From Octopus vulgaris (lineage: Eukaryota), in NCBI GenBank assembly GCA_951406725.2, contig OX597816.1, positions 124,744,001 through 124,808,000 of the forward strand: a stretch of DNA of 64,000 bases, given 5' to 3'. The translations under genes and the position numbers were made by a program. Positions within the stretch are counted from its first letter, which is position 1. Each line of letters starts with the position of its first letter. The notes below the pieces were generated by a model. It was given only the letters and a program-made list of their open reading frames with translations. It did no database searches and was not told where the DNA came from. Positions 1 through 14,899 of the stretch are shown here, in pieces.

Positions 1-928
1 TCTTTGTTTACATATGTCCAGTTTATTCTATTGTAAACGCAAAATGTCAGTAAAAGAGCGGCTATATATGTGTATAGTTACATATACTAATTAAAATGTA
101 TTTTCATAGTGCATAAGATAGTGACGATTATCATATGTGAGCTGATATATTAGAAATCAGTTTGTAGGGAAATGAGAAAGATAATGTAAATGATATGAAA
201 AAAAAAATAAAACGTACACAACGTGAAAAATTAATATATAAATTAGAAAAGTGATAAAAGTATTTGAACTTTCAACCGTTCGCCACCAATGACTGGTATA
301 ACTGATAGATATAAATGCTTACCCATTGCTGATTATTCATTGTGTAATATAGAGTATTTTGATAAAGTAGGTCACAAATTTACGAGTTTCAATATTTCAG
401 CGATGTAACACAGTAGAAAGTACATTTCTGAGACATGCTAATCTTGAAATGATTTTTAAGTTTCTGGATTATTAACAAGGATTATTAATTAAATTCCCTG
501 TTTTATGTTTTATAATGATGTTTTGTGCGTAAAGTCTGCCATTCTTCTCTTTCCAATAACAACCAGTTATAAGTTCTTGCGTTCAGAACTAAATCTACTT
601 CGAGAATTATTGAATTTATTTCCTATCTTTCTTTTGAGCTGTCGCCTTTGTCACAGAAACTAAAATCAAAAACAAAAGTATAGCAGCTGAAATTTAAAAA
701 CAAACCATCTTGGGCCAGAGATGTTATAAGATAAATGGAATTAGTAAAATTCAGTTGAAGTGGCACAATGTATATCGAAATAAATATATAATGAGAGGTG
801 TAGAATTTACTCATTTCCTCTAAGTTCGAAGTAAAAGAGAGTAGAGACTGTACTGGATGTGAATACATATTTCTACTTACGCTTCACAGAACTATTTTAT
901 GTAATTGCTGATCATTTTCATAAATGTA

Positions 929-2220
929 CGAGGGATGTTCCATAAGTAATGCCTCTGACCCATTTGCAGTTACTTGATCTAGCTGAAATTTTGCATGTGC
1001 AATTATTTATATCTCTATAGAGTAAGTGACCAATTACAGCTCTGAACTAATTGTGGTTTCTGATTTACAGGTGTTTGAACTGAGTCAAGTGTGCAATGGA
1101 GCCTGTTGAGTGTCGAGCAGTGATCCGGTTTTTGTATTTGAAAGGATGCACACCACGGGAGACTTTTGATGAAATGAAAGTAACTTATGGTGATGATGCC
1201 CCATCATATGACCTTGTAAAACGCTGGCATCGTGAATTCAAACATGGTAGGAACTCTGTGGAAACAGCTCCCAGATCTGGTCGCCCCCTTCTGCCATTGA
1301 TGAGGCATCTGTCCGTCAAGTTGAGGCTGCCATTTTGGAAGATCGACGCATAATTATTCGCCAAATAGCCCATGAGGTCAAGATTAGTACCGGGTCTGTG
1401 GAAACTATCATTCATGACCATTTGCATATGCAAAAGGTGTCTGCCAGATGGATTCCCAGGTTGCTCACGCCTTTCCAGAAGCAAGAACGCGTCGAATGCT
1501 CGAGGATGAATTTGGAGATGTGCCAAGAAGATGAGTCAACATTTTTCAAAAGACTGATTACACAGGATGAAACCTGGGTCCATCACAATGATCCAGAGAC
1601 CAAAGCCCAGTCAATGCAGTGGAAGCACCGTGACTCACCCTCTCCAAAGAAGGCAAGGGTGCAGCCCTCCGCTGGCAAGGTCATGCTCACAGTCTTCTGG
1701 AACCAGGACGGAGTAGTGATGACAGATTTCCTGGCAAAGGGTACCACAATTACAGGAGCCTATTATGCTTCACTTTTGAGGAAATTAAGATAAGTTATCA
1801 AAATTAAGAGGCGGGGCAAGATCAGCAAAGGCATCCTCCTCCTGCAGGACAACGCTCCGGTCCACAACTCGCTTGTCGCCAGATCAGAAGCACAGGCGTA
1901 TGGCTATGAACTCCTCCCCCATCCCCCCTACTTTCCTGACATTGCACCATCTGATTTTTACCTCTTCCCAGTCATGAAGTTGTTTTTGAAAGGAAAGCGT
2001 TTCCCAGATGATGTAGCCTTGATTTCTGAAGTCACGTCGTGGTTGGAGGACCAAGCTGGAGTCTTCTACAAAATCGATCTTCAGAGCTGCATCAAACGAT
2101 GTGAGAAATGTGTAAATCTGGGTGGTTCCTATGTAGAAAAAGACTAATAACTGTGCCAAGTTTCGTTGCTCTACTGCTATGGGAAGTGGGTCAGGGGCAT
2201 TACTTATTGAACGCCCCTCG
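929..2220 (+). mobile_element. Full-length Tc1/mariner (DD34D mariner) DNA transposon, 1292 bp, inactive
   Basis: TA dinucleotides at 927-928 and 2221-2222 flank ~34-bp TIRs (CGAGGGATGTTCCATAAGTAATGCCTCTGACCCA vs reverse complement CGAGGGGCGTTCAATAAGTAATGCCCCTGACCCA, 4 mismatches); internal transposase remnants. Confidence 0.97.
1096..2147 (+). pseudogene. Mariner transposase pseudogene (frameshift near 1290, premature TAA near 1790)
   Basis: N-terminal HTH (CRAVIRFLYLKG...RWHREFKHGR), WIPRLL, TQDETW, QDNAPVH and HPPYFPDIAPSDF motifs; exactly 34 residues between the 2nd and 3rd catalytic Asp; ends GGSYVEKD*. Confidence 0.95.
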
Positions 2221-5200
2221 TATGTTTCTTTCTTCGATTCACATATTTTTATAGTACGCTGAAGACTATATAACCTTATGTCTCTTCCCGTTTCTAAAAC
2301 AAGTAATGTTTAAGCTGAGGGAAATATAGCTGCTTTTCTATGAGACGGAAATACTTTAAAAGTTTCCTCGTTGGTTCAAATAAACGAGAGAAAATATAAA
2401 TTGACTAAGTTCGTATATTGCCATTTAAAGGTGCACATCCATACATTTATGTTCACAATAAAGTTCTAAGCCAACATAGTTTTCAAAAAAAGATAAGTTT
2501 AAATGTTTGAGAATGAAACAGAAAATACAATCTTGGACGAATTATAGAAACGTTTCAATCCTATTTCGAAACAGACAGCCTTGATGGAACAGGTCTAGTA
2601 ACAAAATCCCTTTTCTGCTTTGATTATCCATTCAGTAAGAGTACATGCGATTTGAGAATATTTGGCTATTATTTCTTATGGGTCATCAGACTTTTGTGTT
2701 AAAATATAAAAGGTTTAGTTAATACAGCGGGTAGACGTTCTAGCTGAAGATATATTTATTAGTAATATAAGAAGTGGCAAAGAAGTGGTATATTGTTTAC
2801 CTTTTAATTTAAAAGTTTGAGTACTTTTTAACAAAGTGTGGATAGTGTTAACATTTAATTCGTGCGTGTCGGTAAGTTGCATCTATCATTAAGGTGGTAC
2901 AAGTATGAAAAGAATTCCGTTGTCGTGAGAAATGGCTGTCGGAATTCTTTAGAATTTGACGAAATGCGTTAGAAGTGATTGTAATGTGTTGTTTCAGATT
3001 GGAAGCTTTCATAAACTTACAACTTTTAGAGAAGTTGTGTTGCCGATGTACTGTAAAGTATCATTTGAGAGTGTGACATTGCATATAAGTCATTCCATAG
3101 AGGAAATTATTTCGCAAATGAATATAGTGTATCGCTTATCCCATATTCTTTTATTACTAGTTTTACGTTGCTAGCTTGAAAGTATGAGTAATTTCAATGC
3201 AGAGTACATGAAATCGCAATTTCACAGAATAAGATTATCGGTCAATAATACAAATTCTAACGAATATATAACTCAGTTTGTGGATTATCATCCCATAGCT
3301 TCCCATTCAAATAATAATATTTTCGAAAACATACATTTGCTTTGTACTGAACATGAATATAATTGCTGTCTAGCATTTTGAAACCTACAGCAAACTAATC
3401 AATACAATATGGTTAGATGAAAATAAAATTATCTCTGAATATAAGAAACTAAGCGTGATAAATAAAAACAAAACTTGAAGGAAAACCAAATTATTTCAAG
3501 CAATTTCATTCTATTGGGAATTTAGATTTCAAATATTTGTAGAGTTTACAGAATTCAATAGGTTTGTTGCTATAAGCGATTTAAGTTCACTATCATACAT
3601 TGATTGGTTGCCAATATTCTTTCTTTTATGTATTTTGCTAAATTGTATGCAATCGCTTCGAGAAAATCATGGAACTTAAGAAATAATTTTCATAACGTTG
3701 AAACCTCTTGTCTAGTATGCTTCTTTGCATTCAATCAAACTGTTTTATCAGATTTAAATGCTAAGAGTGGCCGTAAAAATTGTGTCTATCAGCCAGTAGG
3801 GAAATGTACAATTCTATTGTAATAAATATTGAAGTGTATCTTGCTTTGCAATGTGAATGATTCTCAAGAGTGTGGGCTGTTCCTTTAACATTTGTAAGTT
3901 GTAGTAGTACGCCAGACATCAAATTTACAAGGCATTCTAAAGTCACTTTTCCTCTTGTTCATTTGTAGGTAAATTTTTATTGTAGAAATGTGAAACGACG
4001 TTCTTCGCTGCAGAATGAAACAGGAGCATTTTTTGTACTAAGTAAGGTATTTCTGAGATAGAAACACGAATCCCGCTTGGTATGTTATAGCCATACAGTT
4101 AAATCTATGCTCATATTGAAAAACGTGTCCTGTTACAACCTGCCAAAGTAGAGAATCTCATTCACATACGTCCAAGGGTACAAGAAACGTTAAACGGAGG
4201 GATATTTTTTATGGGAATATCTACAAATTGATATCCACAATTGATAGGTCTTATTTAAAAGAGATTATTCAAACTGGAATAACTTCTCGTCAAATGGGCA
4301 TTTAGATCGAGAATTATCCGCAGCTTCCAATACAACTGCCAATAAGAGAGAAGTAAGCTTGTTACACTGTTTCAGTTATCGAAAAGGAAACAACCAAGTT
4401 ACACAGATACTATATCAGATATATTTTGTTGAAATGCATTTCTGCATTAGCGTTGGTAAGCTTATGATTTATGACTAAATAATTTGTTTCGATTTCCGAT
4501 GGGTAAGTTTGATTTATAGGAAAACGAAATGGAATATGTTATATTAAACATAACTAGCGAGCAAAGTTTTATTGCAAAGGACAAATATTTAAAACGAAGC
4601 ATATGTAGACGGTTTCGATTAAATCTCTTCCCACATGTCTTTATTGGTAATAGAGGTCGAAATAAAATATAAAACCTTCCCAGTGAGATTAACTAAGCCT
4701 CTTCAATTCTATATTTCCTTTACACTTAGTTGAATTTGGGTTTATATGTCTTTATAAATTATGCTATCGCTTCCCGCTCATATGTCGTATTGAAATGACT
4801 CATTCGTGAAAATCTTAGAGAATTTATAACTAGCAAACCTTTTGGTACCAGAAAAGACACATGGTGTATTTCGCTTGATGTGGTCTAGTAACTATATATC
4901 AAGTCATCTTTCTGATTATATGTGGTATAAACACGTATATTCAGAACTCGTATATGAAATATCAACTATGCATCAACCATGAATTGCAATCACACTTTTA
5001 AGTAAATCTAATGACTAACAAGCCATAATCTATTAAACATTTTATATATCTAAAATAAGAATTCTTGTACAGTAGTGATGATACTGTTGATAGGTATTAA
5101 TATTTCAAATATTGTTCCATCATTAATATACGCATTACGCATCTTTACAAAATTTTTAGAATTGATGGTACTACTGGTGAATAATGTTATTTTTACACGT

Positions 5201-5733
5201 GTTACCATTAATAGTCTACTGTGGCAAACTCAAATAATACGCAATTATTATAATGCTACCTTGAATTCAAAATCCATTTATTACTAAACAGAAGAGTCCT
5301 CTTCAATATAGAATTCCTAGTAAGTTTTTCAAATACTATAAGAAAGAAAAGTTTCTTAATTTCATCACCGGTGACCAATCTCAGATGACGCTCCTAGATA
5401 TTATATATTTGACAAAAGCTGGCCGCAGGACAGGCAAACTCATGTCAGCAGTGTTACCCGTCAAAAAAGAAAAAAAAATACTTTGGTGGCTTAAGTGTAT
5501 CAGTACATTGAGTAGACAAAACAAAAATGGAAAAAGCGATCAAATGAAATAATCTTCCCTGACAGGTATATGGCTGATTAGGTTTCTGTATCAGCGAACT
5601 ACAAATTATTTGTCGGATGATAAAAGTAAATCTGGACATCAAGTGCGGATTAAGTTTATGTACACATACAGACTGATACACACACACACACATGCCTGCA
5701 TCATGCACATATTATACAGGCATATATATTACA

Positions 5734-6150
<417 letters not shown>

Positions 6151-6456
6151 TATTGATGTATATTTAAGTATGCGTATGAAAAAATATATTTATAAAGATA
6201 TGCATGTATTGGCCGACCAGAGCCATGTGACTAGATTTAGTAGTCGGAATATGAAAAAAGCATGTTGTATCTATATATATCTTTGTATGTATGTGTACCT
6301 CTGTGTCTGTGTTTGTCCCACTAACACAGCTTGACAACCGGCTTTCGTTTGTTTACGTCTACGTAACTATATGAATAAATATGTTATATATATACATATA
6401 TATATATGGGGAGAGAGAGAGTGATGTGTGTGTGTGTGTGTGTGAGTGTGTGTATG

Positions 6457-7260
<804 letters not shown>

Positions 7261-7501
7261 TATATATAATACACACACATATAGTTCATATATGAGATCT
7301 AGATGTCCTCCGTATAAAATACACTTTGCAGTGCTCAAAATATTCAAACTTGAGCTAATGTGGGGATAAGCAAATTAGACAGATCAGTATATAAAGATAT
7401 TAAATATATGAAATATAAAATATGTATACACATAAAAAACATCTAGCTTGCACAGAGTACAAATGATATAGAAAATTAAAGATGTGGATGAAAGGTATTA
7501 C

Positions 7502-7770
7502 TCGGTGATCCATAACAGCGTTTGTAAATTAATTCCATCAGAAAATGCGGCCGTATGCATGCATGTAGCATAGGATGAGACGCACCTCCATCTACAGGTA
7601 AGTGATCTTAAATTTGAGATCTTAACGTAGATCTTTGAACTTTACTATAAGATCTCAAATGTAAGGTTTCTGCCCTGAAAACAGAGGCTTGTCTCATCCT
7701 ATGCTAAATGCATCCATAACGCCGCATTCTCTAATAGAATAAGTCTACAGACTTTATTATGGATTACCGA
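7502..7770. repeat. Long ungapped imperfect inverted repeat (fold-back), ~130-bp arms
   Basis: Position i pairs with 15272-i throughout; manual count gives 99 of 130 Watson-Crick pairs and no indels, with perfect blocks such as TAGCATAGGATGAGAC/GTCTCATCCTATGCTA and ATTTGAGATCTTA/TAAGATCTCAAAT. Confidence 0.93.
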
Positions 7771-10700
7771 TCTCCCAGAAACAGTTGTTGAATTTTTAAT
7801 ACCATTCGCATACTAACTGACCATGATCATCATGTACAATTTATAACTCTGCTTAATGATTCTTTCACCCATACTGCAGTGAATATTGAAATATATGCAT
7901 GTTTGGTAAGGTCTAATAATGCTGGAAAGTTTCTTGATTTTTCTTCCATACATGACGAAAGAATTAAAATATTGTTCATAGAGTTAACCCTGCTCTTTAC
8001 TCTATAAGTATTTCTAATTAGTTTTGCTGCTTCTTATATCAAGTCTCTAAGCATTCACTAATTATGTATACTGTTTTGCACCACTGCTGACTGAAACATT
8101 CCGAAATTGTCTGAGATATATGAAGCACAGTATTACATTGTTCGTGCTCTTAAATAAAATACACAACTGAAGTGGTGGTATTGTACCTATGTATGTTCAA
8201 ATATATCAGCCTTTGCTTACTCTGCAAAAAAAATATGAGTTGGAAACATGGCTGCACTTTTGAAGTGCAGGATACGTACTGTATCTGGAAATTCCCTTAA
8301 CTGTGAATTTTTTGCATAACTTATATTGAGACTTAGGGACTTTGGTCTCCTTATTCTCGTGGTTGTTAATTCAGATATGTCTAGATATCCTGAGAAAGAA
8401 CTTTAATATCTTTTTACTCTCATTACAAATCCTGCTGAATTCAAGTTTAACATTAAATTCTAAATAGTCTATAAAATATGAACTAATATCTTACATTAAA
8501 ATAGACGTCAATGTTTGAAGAAAATAGCAAAACAAATTTCTCCCAGGCCTGTTTGCAAAATATAATGGATGTTTACCTAACGTATTACGTGTGGTAAATT
8601 TGTTTGAAATGATTCTGTTAATCATTAATTGGTTAATCAATTTTGATATTGAGAGTTATTGGATTTGTAATAGAACGTTTTGGACCAAATGCAACAAGAT
8701 GAACCATTATCTCATTAGATGAATAAATCATGACTACCTCTAGCACATATTATGTTTATCCATTGTCATCATATCTTCAGATAACTGTATAATTTTCTAA
8801 TATATTGTTATCAGACTATGGCGTAGGCTAACCATTTTAATATAAAAACTGCATTTTGTCTACTTACATTATTTACAAACTTTATACATTTCCTAAACTA
8901 TATTGTTGGCAAATTATATCAATTTATAGATATATTCCATAAATATATTCCATGCTGTCGATGTATTCAATGCATATATTCTATAATAACGACATCATTA
9001 GCTAATTATATTATTGACAAACTGCTGGATGCAATTATCGCTTGCTAAGCATATCACTTTCGAACGGTGCCTAGCAGTATTATTCATTGCCGAATTTCCT
9101 TATTAGTTAATACTACCTTTGTCTAAATTTATTGTAAACTAATTAGTGATTGATAAACTGTTCTCTTTCATATAACAAGACCGAGGCAACAGCGCACCCA
9201 ACACTGCAGATACATGCAGATGTGTCTATTTCTGGTTTCATCTCGGGATACACACACGCAAAGAACAATTTATCTTATTCTGATGATAAACTAGAGGGGA
9301 AAAGTACATACTTCCCTTTTTATATATAATGTGTCATATTTCAACATGGTACGGTTGGATACTAAAATATTGCTTTCATTAACCTATCTGCTATAGTTAA
9401 TTTTAATATTTTTAACATTAAGCTTATAGACTCGAGATATCGAAATGTAGGAATGCGTGAGAAATATTCTATGCAGTGGTCACGCCCTTCATATGAGTTA
9501 ATTAAAAGAGACACGCTGCACACTTTCTAAAAGCAATTACTTCCAAATAAAAATACGTAAACTGTAAATCTAATGAAAGTGTGTGATTCGCGAATATATG
9601 TGTTTATATTCTCAGAAATGATATCGAATTTTTGTATTTTTATTCATACATCGGATATACTTTAACTGTAACTATCTGCTCAAACTTAAATTTATGTATT
9701 TGTTTTTCACTTCTGCTCTATTATTATTCTTATTTTAGTGTCCTTTGTCCTAATTTTAGTGTCGTTTATCTGAACATGGACTAAACAGAACAGAAGTAAC
9801 ATGGGCTGAAGAGTCACTGAAGAGGTCGCAGAATATTGTGATTTCAGACAAAATACACTAGAATAAGAATAATAATGAAGTGAAGTGGCGAACGAGTATA
9901 CAGCGCGTGTGGTTATTTGGCAAAAACAAAAAATAAGCATCCTCAAATATAAGAATATCTACACAAATATATTTAGCAATTTCTTTCATATATTTCATTT
10001 TAAAGAAGTTCTTCATATGTAAGGGCACACAATAATTTGAAGAAACCTGTTAAAGAAAAGGAAACAAAGTCAAATAACAGTATTTTCATTTAAACATTCT
10101 ATTTTGAAAAATACCCAGACTAACATCATTTATCATTTAATCTGAAGGAGAATGACATTATCGCAAGGGGCTGCATTTTAAGATTAGTTCTGAAAATAAT
10201 GAATTGCACATCCTGTTATAGACGGCCGGAGAAGAGAAGAGGCAGATATGCGTTGTAGATTGGAAATGGGTCATTTAATGAATGCTTTCCACCAAAAAGA
10301 GTGTATCGATTGAAAAGAATGAATTTACGATGTAGTGTTTGTATTTACAATAGAGTGTTTGGATGAATAACAACTTCCCATATACGAACATTCGAACTGC
10401 TAGCATTGACCTAACATATTTCTCCTTTTCTAGAAAAGAGCAGAGAACATGACGATATGCATTACCGGCATATATATACGAGCATTAAAGTCATGCAATT
10501 TACCTTTATATTAAAAATATCATTTTCATTAATGATACACTTGCAAAGTAATTACCATGCCAAAAGATGTATAGCGTATTAAAAGCAATAATAGTAATCA
10601 TAACAAAGAACAGGCTCAGTAATATTTTATTTTATTGTTTAATTATAACACACACAAAGTTAATCTTCGCAGCAAGATATTGTATTGGCCAAAAAAAAAA

Positions 10701-10983
10701 AAAGGAAAATATTACAGTGAATAAAAATATTATAGGTGAATAAACAAGTAAAGTTGGGGGTGAGTGAAACTCATTCAATATTGATACTATACTGAATAAT
10801 ATAAAACATCTTGCCTTGTGCTTTTAGATTTATACTGTCCCAACTTCGATATCATTTCATTTATTTTAACGCGTTGCAGAGAATTTTACATAAGATTATA
10901 ATAATGCTAGGATGAGTCGATTATATCTGAGTTAACAAATATCGTAAGCTCTTCCTTAGCTTAACAGATCAGTGGCTCGTCTT

Positions 10984-11022
10984 TCATTCTGCTCCTCTTG
11001 GAATGCATGTGTATAGTGATAT
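10984..11022 (-). CDS. Pif-like gene, coding exon 6 (terminal): ISLYTCIPRGAE*
   Basis: Strong acceptor tttcttttccag, phase 0; completes the LamG C-terminal motif F-x-G-x-M-D-D-I-x-L-Y-x-C; TGA stop at 10986-10984. Confidence 0.85.
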   Translation of the reverse strand: MSLYTCIPRGAE

Positions 11023-11120
11023 CTGGAAAAGAAATATCCAATAGTTATATACAGTTATGCGCCTAATATAAATGTAGGATCCAGGGACATAAATGTAAAT
11101 TCCCTTCCGCACACACAAGC

Positions 11121-12316
11121 ATATCCCATAAATAATGCGGTTTTTTATACATCTTTTATTTTTCAAAATTTAAAGGAACACAGTTCTGTTTTAATCTAGA
11201 ATATATTCTCCTTCATTTTCTACAATACTCTTCCATCTATCTGGTTGCTATGCACGGCCCCTCCACCAGTACTGTTCTAACCTCGTCATCAGAATTCATA
11301 TTTCTTCCGTCCAAATGATTTTGAGCACTGCGGAATAAATAATAATCAGATTGGACAATGTCCAACGAATATGGACGATGGAGCATCGTTTCCCATTCAA
11401 ACTACTCCAGCCTTTGGAACTTCATCTTCGATGTATGTGGACGAGCATTATCCTGATGGATGAATACCTTTGGTCTTTACACCAACAATGGTCGTTTTTC
11501 TTCTAGCTTTGATTTAAGCCGCTCAAGCTGCTCGCACAAGGTCTCCTGTGTTATCGTTTAGTTTGGGTTTAAAAGTGAACCCACCAAACAGATAGCAACA
11601 AACTACGTGGGTGAAGACCTTCTCTAGCCTCGGGTGCCGGGGTTTCTCCTTTCCCTACCTACTGTCATCGGCGCTAGAGATTTTTATACAGAACCCATTT
11701 TTCGTCACCATTTACTATTCCTGAGATGTGACAAAAAAGAAGAGCACACATTCACTCTCTGTGCGATTAGGTTCCGGAAGTTGTGAGAAACTCATTGACC
11801 CAATTTGCTGACCTTTCCGATGGCACGTAGGTTGCAATGAATGTTAGAATGAACAAAACATAGCTTCACTTCTAATTCCTCAACAGTTACGATGGGATTT
11901 TGTTCCATCATGGTTTGCAGGACGTCTTCGTCGAGCTCTATAGATTTTCTATGACGAGGCTCGTTTTCTAGCCTGTAGTTTCCGGTTCGGAATTTCCTAA
12001 ACCAACGTTGACTGGCTTACGTTTATAGTCCGATCCCCATATACGACATTAATATTCTTCGCAATTTCTGTAGTATTGTTTCGTTTATTGAACTCATAAA
12101 ATGAAATATACCGAACATGCTACTTTGTCACTTCCATTATAGCTTTGAAAAAATAAGTGTTAAAATCGAAGTGCACTCTTCAAAAATTGCACTAAGAATA
12201 AGTACAAAGCAAAATTACTACCTGTTTTAATAGCAAGTTGGTGCAGGTAGCTTATCCTGTTCCCCTCCGACTTTTAGTTCATGCAATTTCAAGACCGCCT
12301 TAGTTATGAGATGACT

Positions 12317-12319
<3 letters not shown>
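11121..12319 (-). mobile_element. Decayed mariner transposon (second family) in the last intron
   Basis: Transposase relic from ATG at 12137 (MEVTK*HVRYISFYEFNK...) through HQDNARPHTS and PYSLDIVQSDYYLF to DRWKSIVENEGEYILD* at 11191; degenerate TIRs ATCCCATAAATAATGCGGT / ACCGCCTTAGTTATGAGAT; many stops and frameshifts. Confidence 0.9.
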
Positions 12320-12358
<39 letters not shown>

Positions 12359-12824
12359 TTAAATAGAGTCTAAAAAAACGCCTAAAGGTTTGTCACATAT
12401 TATTTTGCTGTGAATAGTAATGTTTTTAAAATAATAATACAAATCTTGGTTTATAAGTATTTAGATTAAGATCCAGAAAATATCATTTATTAACAGCAAT
12501 AATATGTAATAACCTAACGATATGTCTTTTTACTCTTCTAACGAGATTTCGCCCGAAAAAATATTTTAATTACTGGAATCTTTGGGGCAAGACCGAAAGA
12601 GCTGCAAATGAACGAGTTGAATTTTTGCAGATAATAAATTATATTAACACTACTTCTCCATTGTCTCGATTGTAATTTGTACATATATATATATATATAT
12701 ATATAAACAATTGCAAGGTGGAAGTTGTTTCTAAAATGGCTTAGAAACACCTTCCATGCTGCCATTGTTTTCGTTCTAGCACACAATCTAAGATCAGGTC
12801 ACTTGCTATGCAAGTTCATCTCCG

Positions 12825-12867
<43 letters not shown>

Positions 12868-14030
12868 CTGATTAATCCGTTAGGTACAAGATCACTCACG
12901 CAAATATTAGGATCACTATAAATGCATTGATAAATATAGAGAATGAACGTAGAACAATAATAATGTGCGAAAATTAGCGATCTTTAGTTGGGATATAAAC
13001 TGTATATTTGCACGAGAAGAAAGAAGCATTGCACAGGTGTCGTTTTGAAGGTACAGGTTGGAAAGTGGTCATTGTTAGGAAAGTATATGTATGTTGCATT
13101 CTCAGTTCTGGGGAACATAGATGCTAATGTACTTTCTAACATACAAATATATTCAGTTCTTTCCATGGGACGAAGTCACGAATTATAATTGATGGATATG
13201 ATATTGCGTGACACCCGCTTCTGTTTTAAAGTCCTTAATAATGTGTGTGAAGAGAATGAATTTTTGTTGTGGAATTATATTGATGCCATAGACTTTGTTT
13301 AACGTCACGCACAATAATAGATACATAGTGACATGCCTTTAACTACTCTTGTATTGGTTTCTGCCTATTACTCAACGGCACAAAAAATGTAACAGAAAAA
13401 AGTCTTCAATGTGAATTGAAGCATCTTCGTAGACCAGGAATACTAATTAATTTTTCGGTCCTAGATAGGCGAATACACACGCAAGCATATACACACATAT
13501 ACACACTCATATCACATTGTCATATGAAGAGAGTTTTATTCGGAACGGGAGAACACTAGTTGCACCTCTTTCAATATCAATTACTGGATTACGTGAAATG
13601 ACCACAACGAATTGTATAGAGTGCGCCGCTAGTATACATATATTAAGTATTAATGCTTGTGTTCTGAATCTAATTTCGCTTTTATTCCACCATAGCAAAA
13701 ACTGTTAGATACCAAAATAAATATACAACATATTTTCTCATCATTAATAAGCGAAACTGTTTTTGCAGAGAACTGATAGTAATTCTCCAATAATTGATGT
13801 ATGCAGCAGTTATGTGAAATAGAAAAATCGTACGAGTTTAAAAACTACAACATATTGCTAAAATGGAAGTTATATATGATTGAATAGCTTTATAATTGTT
13901 ATTATGATGCGTTAATGTCATAACAAATATTTGACGGGATACATAAATACAATAAATTCTGTTTCATATTTACTACCAACAAGAAAATATACTTTACTAC
14001 AAATACAGCTATTACTACTCATAAGAGATT

Positions 14031-14147
14031 AATAACAATAACAATAACAATAACAATAACAATAACAATGATGATGATCATGATAGATGATGATGATGGT
14101 GATGATGATGATGGTGATGATGATGATGATGATGATGATGTTGTTGT

Positions 14148-14188
<41 letters not shown>

Positions 14189-14190
14189 GT
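14031..14190. repeat. (AACAAT)n and (GAT)n microsatellite
   Basis: Directly visible. Confidence 0.95.
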
Positions 14191-14199
14191 GAAAATAAT

Positions 14200-14800
14200 A
14201 ATTGCCTCATATTCAGGCACAAATCCAACAATTTTTAGATGAAAGGGTAAATTAATGTCATCAACAGTAGTACGACTGATGTTTTAGTTTATTGACTCTG
14301 GAAGCCTAAATTGCAAAGATGAACTCCAAACATACAATTAAAAGAAGTGCCTTGCGGCTCTTTATCACTTTAACTATTCCACCTGCTTCAGTAGCGGTTT
14401 CTAATCGAGGCACAAGGCTGCCATGCCTTCGACTCTAGACTTGATTTGTACTTTATTTGATCCACCTCGAATCCAAGGAAGCCAAGTTGCACTTCAATGA
14501 CTTTTGAATCCAAAACATAAAGAAAGCTGAACGTAGGTATGCTTTCTTTACTCTAAAGATTCTGCCAACTCCTTACTCTGTAACGTCACTTATTTTAGAT
14601 GCGAAGCCAGCAATTTTGTATAAACGAAATTAATCGTTATTACAGTACTTGACCAGTTCTTAATTTTATCGTACTTAGAAAGTTGAAAGACAGAAAATGA
14701 TTTCAAATCAGAATACAAATTCAGAATATAAATGACTGGGTCAGGGATGTCCAAACATTTTCACCGACGTTCTAACGTTTTTCGCAACTCCGTGTTCTAA
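14200..14800 (-). mobile_element. Array of about three highly decayed copies of the Meta-domain-type SINE
   Basis: Recurring AGGCACAA(G/A) tail and degraded TACTTTATT(G)A...GAA core resembling the better copies at 26963 and 39098. Confidence 0.5.
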
Positions 14801-14899
14801 TAACTATTGTTTCTAACACAAGAATGAAACTAAAGCTCTGTCATATAATCAAGACATGCACAGACCCAAAAAATCTACTGGCTAACATATTATATAGAT

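Noticed and set aside
9044-9077. Small hairpin TGCTAAGCA...TGCCTAGCA as a miRNA precursor
   Set aside because: The stem is too short and flanking pairing does not extend in register.
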